In this document: one piece after another, positions 15,657 through 16,906 of the stretch
Numbering within the stretch: position 1 is the stretch's first letter
Layout of the letters: the number at the start of each line of letters is the position of its first letter
From: Oligoflexales bacterium
GTDB lineage: Bacteria > Bdellovibrionota_B > Oligoflexia > Oligoflexales > Bog-1112
Direction: 5' to 3'
Assembly (NCBI GenBank): GCA_045105515.1
Contig: JBGCDR010000239.1
Coordinates: 1 to 16,906, forward strand
DNA: 16,906 nt
Made by a program: the position numbers and the translations under genes
Notes under the pieces: generated by a model
Database searches by the model: none
The model's input: only the letters and a program-made list of their open reading frames with translations
What the model was told of the DNA's origin: nothing

Positions 15657-16466
15657 ATGAACCAAAACAAGAAAATATCCTATAAAAACTCATCTAGAGA
15701 GAAGTCTGAAGAAGAAGATAGGTTACAAGTGGATAGCCCCTTGGTGAAAATATATCTTAACAAAAAAGAATTGTTGGAAGGTTTATCTCTATACCTAAAC
15801 AATGACAATGAAGTTATTGATCACGTTTGGAAAAATATTTCATCCGGCCACGTATGGCACGATGTGATAGAAAAGCACTTAAACAAGGGAATTGAAAGCT
15901 GGTCACAAACATCGGTTTTCCCACTTAATGATATTTTAGGTGCAATTGTTGGCTACATGGCATTAAAAGCTGATGTGACTGGAAAAGTCGAGACCAATAA
16001 TGAAAATAAGCGCGTTACAGTGCAATTGGAGTATGAACAAGAAAAGCTCCTCAAAAGTCAACATGCACTTAATGGGGTTTTAGAACATTTAAACGATGAA
16101 AAGCTAAAAACATTGCAAAAAATAAAGGAAAATTTAGAGGTCTCAATTTTCCCACTTCTTGGTCAGATTATGAAAGTATATCCAAAAGATGACAAGTATT
16201 TACAGGTTCTCAAACAAAACCTTGAGAACATTGCAAAACCAATTTTTGATGAAACTAGAAATTGGAAATCTAAACTAACATCAAAGGAAATGCAAATTTG
16301 TACTCTGATTAAGCAAGGATTTGTAATCAAGGAAATTGCTCCATGTCTGCATTTGTCACCACGGACGGTGGAGAAACATCGAGAAAATATTCGCAAGAAG
16401 CTTGGATTGACTGATAGAAAGATGAGCCTGAATGCTTACCTAATTGAGCAATCAGCTCCTAAATGA
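15657..16466 (+). CDS. LuxR/GerE-type HTH transcriptional regulator with an unrecognised N-terminal domain (269 aa)
   Basis: C-terminal LTSKEMQICTLIKQGFVIKEIAPCLHLSPRTVEKHRENIRKKLGL; preceding helical coiled segment; GAGGT RBS (15644-15648). Confidence 0.93.
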   Translation: MNQNKKISYKNSSREKSEEEDRLQVDSPLVKIYLNKKELLEGLSLYLNNDNEVIDHVWKNISSGHVWHDVIEKHLNKGIESWSQTSVFPLNDILGAIVGYMALKADVTGKVETNNENKRVTVQLEYEQEKLLKSQHALNGVLEHLNDEKLKTLQKIKENLEVSIFPLLGQIMKVYPKDDKYLQVLKQNLENIAKPIFDETRNWKSKLTSKEMQICTLIKQGFVIKEIAPCLHLSPRTVEKHRENIRKKLGLTDRKMSLNAYLIEQSAPK

Positions 16467-16885
16467 ACTCCACCATTATTTGAAAATCATGTTCAAAAAC
16501 CATACCCTATATTAACGAAAATTAGATAATTAGACTTCATCGCTAGTTCCTATCAACTCTAAATTTCCAATTTTGGTATTTTCTCAAAAATCCGATTGGC
16601 TGTAGCGTTCAAAATACAGGTCGGGTTGTTGATAAAATGTCTAAAAAATAATCTTTTACAATAATTCAAGGATGTGAGGATCCAATGTTACCTTTTACAC
16701 CAAAGGTAAAATTCAAACTTTTCAGGGATGAGTAATATTTAATCAGAATGTGTTTTTCACGATTGTTGGAGCACTGACTGAACTCTAAAAACTCGTCATA
16801 CAAGCCGAAGACATATTAAAAATCAATTTTCGCACAGATTAGGTATTATGCTGAATTTACATATGAATTCAGGAAATCTGTGGGC

Positions 16886-16906
16886 ATGAAACTAAAAAAT
16901 ATCAAC
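16886..16906 (+). CDS. Possible start of the next gene (MKLKNIN...), truncated by the window end
   Basis: ATG at 16886 with AGGA at 16871-16874 and a Lys-rich start; only 7 codons are visible. Confidence 0.3.

Noticed and set aside
15608..15660. SAM-I riboswitch (CTCTTATC ... GGTGCCA ... AGATGA resemblance)
   Set aside because: Far too short; it lacks the P2 kink-turn and the P3 GCAACC core.
9776..16396. ORFs 9776-9964, 12003-12296, 13248-13433, 13509-13781, 14326-14520 and 16163-16396
   Set aside because: They overlap better-supported genes on the opposite strand and carry no motifs.
16530..16900. Minus-strand frame with protein-like stretches broken by TGA and TAA stops (recoding or pseudogene)
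   Set aside because: Both TAA and TGA interrupt it, real genes here end in TGA, and no homology is recognisable.

Overview
AT-rich bacterial chromosomal window from a diderm (Gram-negative) organism; the gene styles suggest Bdellovibrionota/Oligoflexia or a deltaproteobacterium-like lineage, which is inference only. The left half holds an acidic secreted orphan protein (+) converging on a six-gene minus-strand cluster. In transcription order that cluster is a LolA-like periplasmic carrier, two FtsX/LolCE-like permeases, a LolD/MacB-type ABC ATPase, a predicted outer-membrane beta-barrel (probably with a CTG start) and a 629-aa Cys-rich lipoprotein. The right half is a more AT-rich patchwork of singleton genes: a DUF4419-like protein whose N-terminus appears frameshifted, a secreted Cys-cluster protein, a double zf-TFIIB zinc-ribbon protein, a sensor-less histidine kinase, a secreted GHSQG alpha/beta hydrolase, a standalone BLUF photoreceptor and a LuxR-type regulator. 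Its intergenic spacers carry a hexamer repeat over back-to-back -10 boxes, palindromes, nested stem-loops and small ORFs. No rRNA, tRNA, CRISPR array or transposase was recognised. The best candidates for something undescribed are the Lol-like/barrel/lipoprotein trans-envelope system and a possible BLUF-kinase-LuxR light-response neighbourhood with a structured leader.
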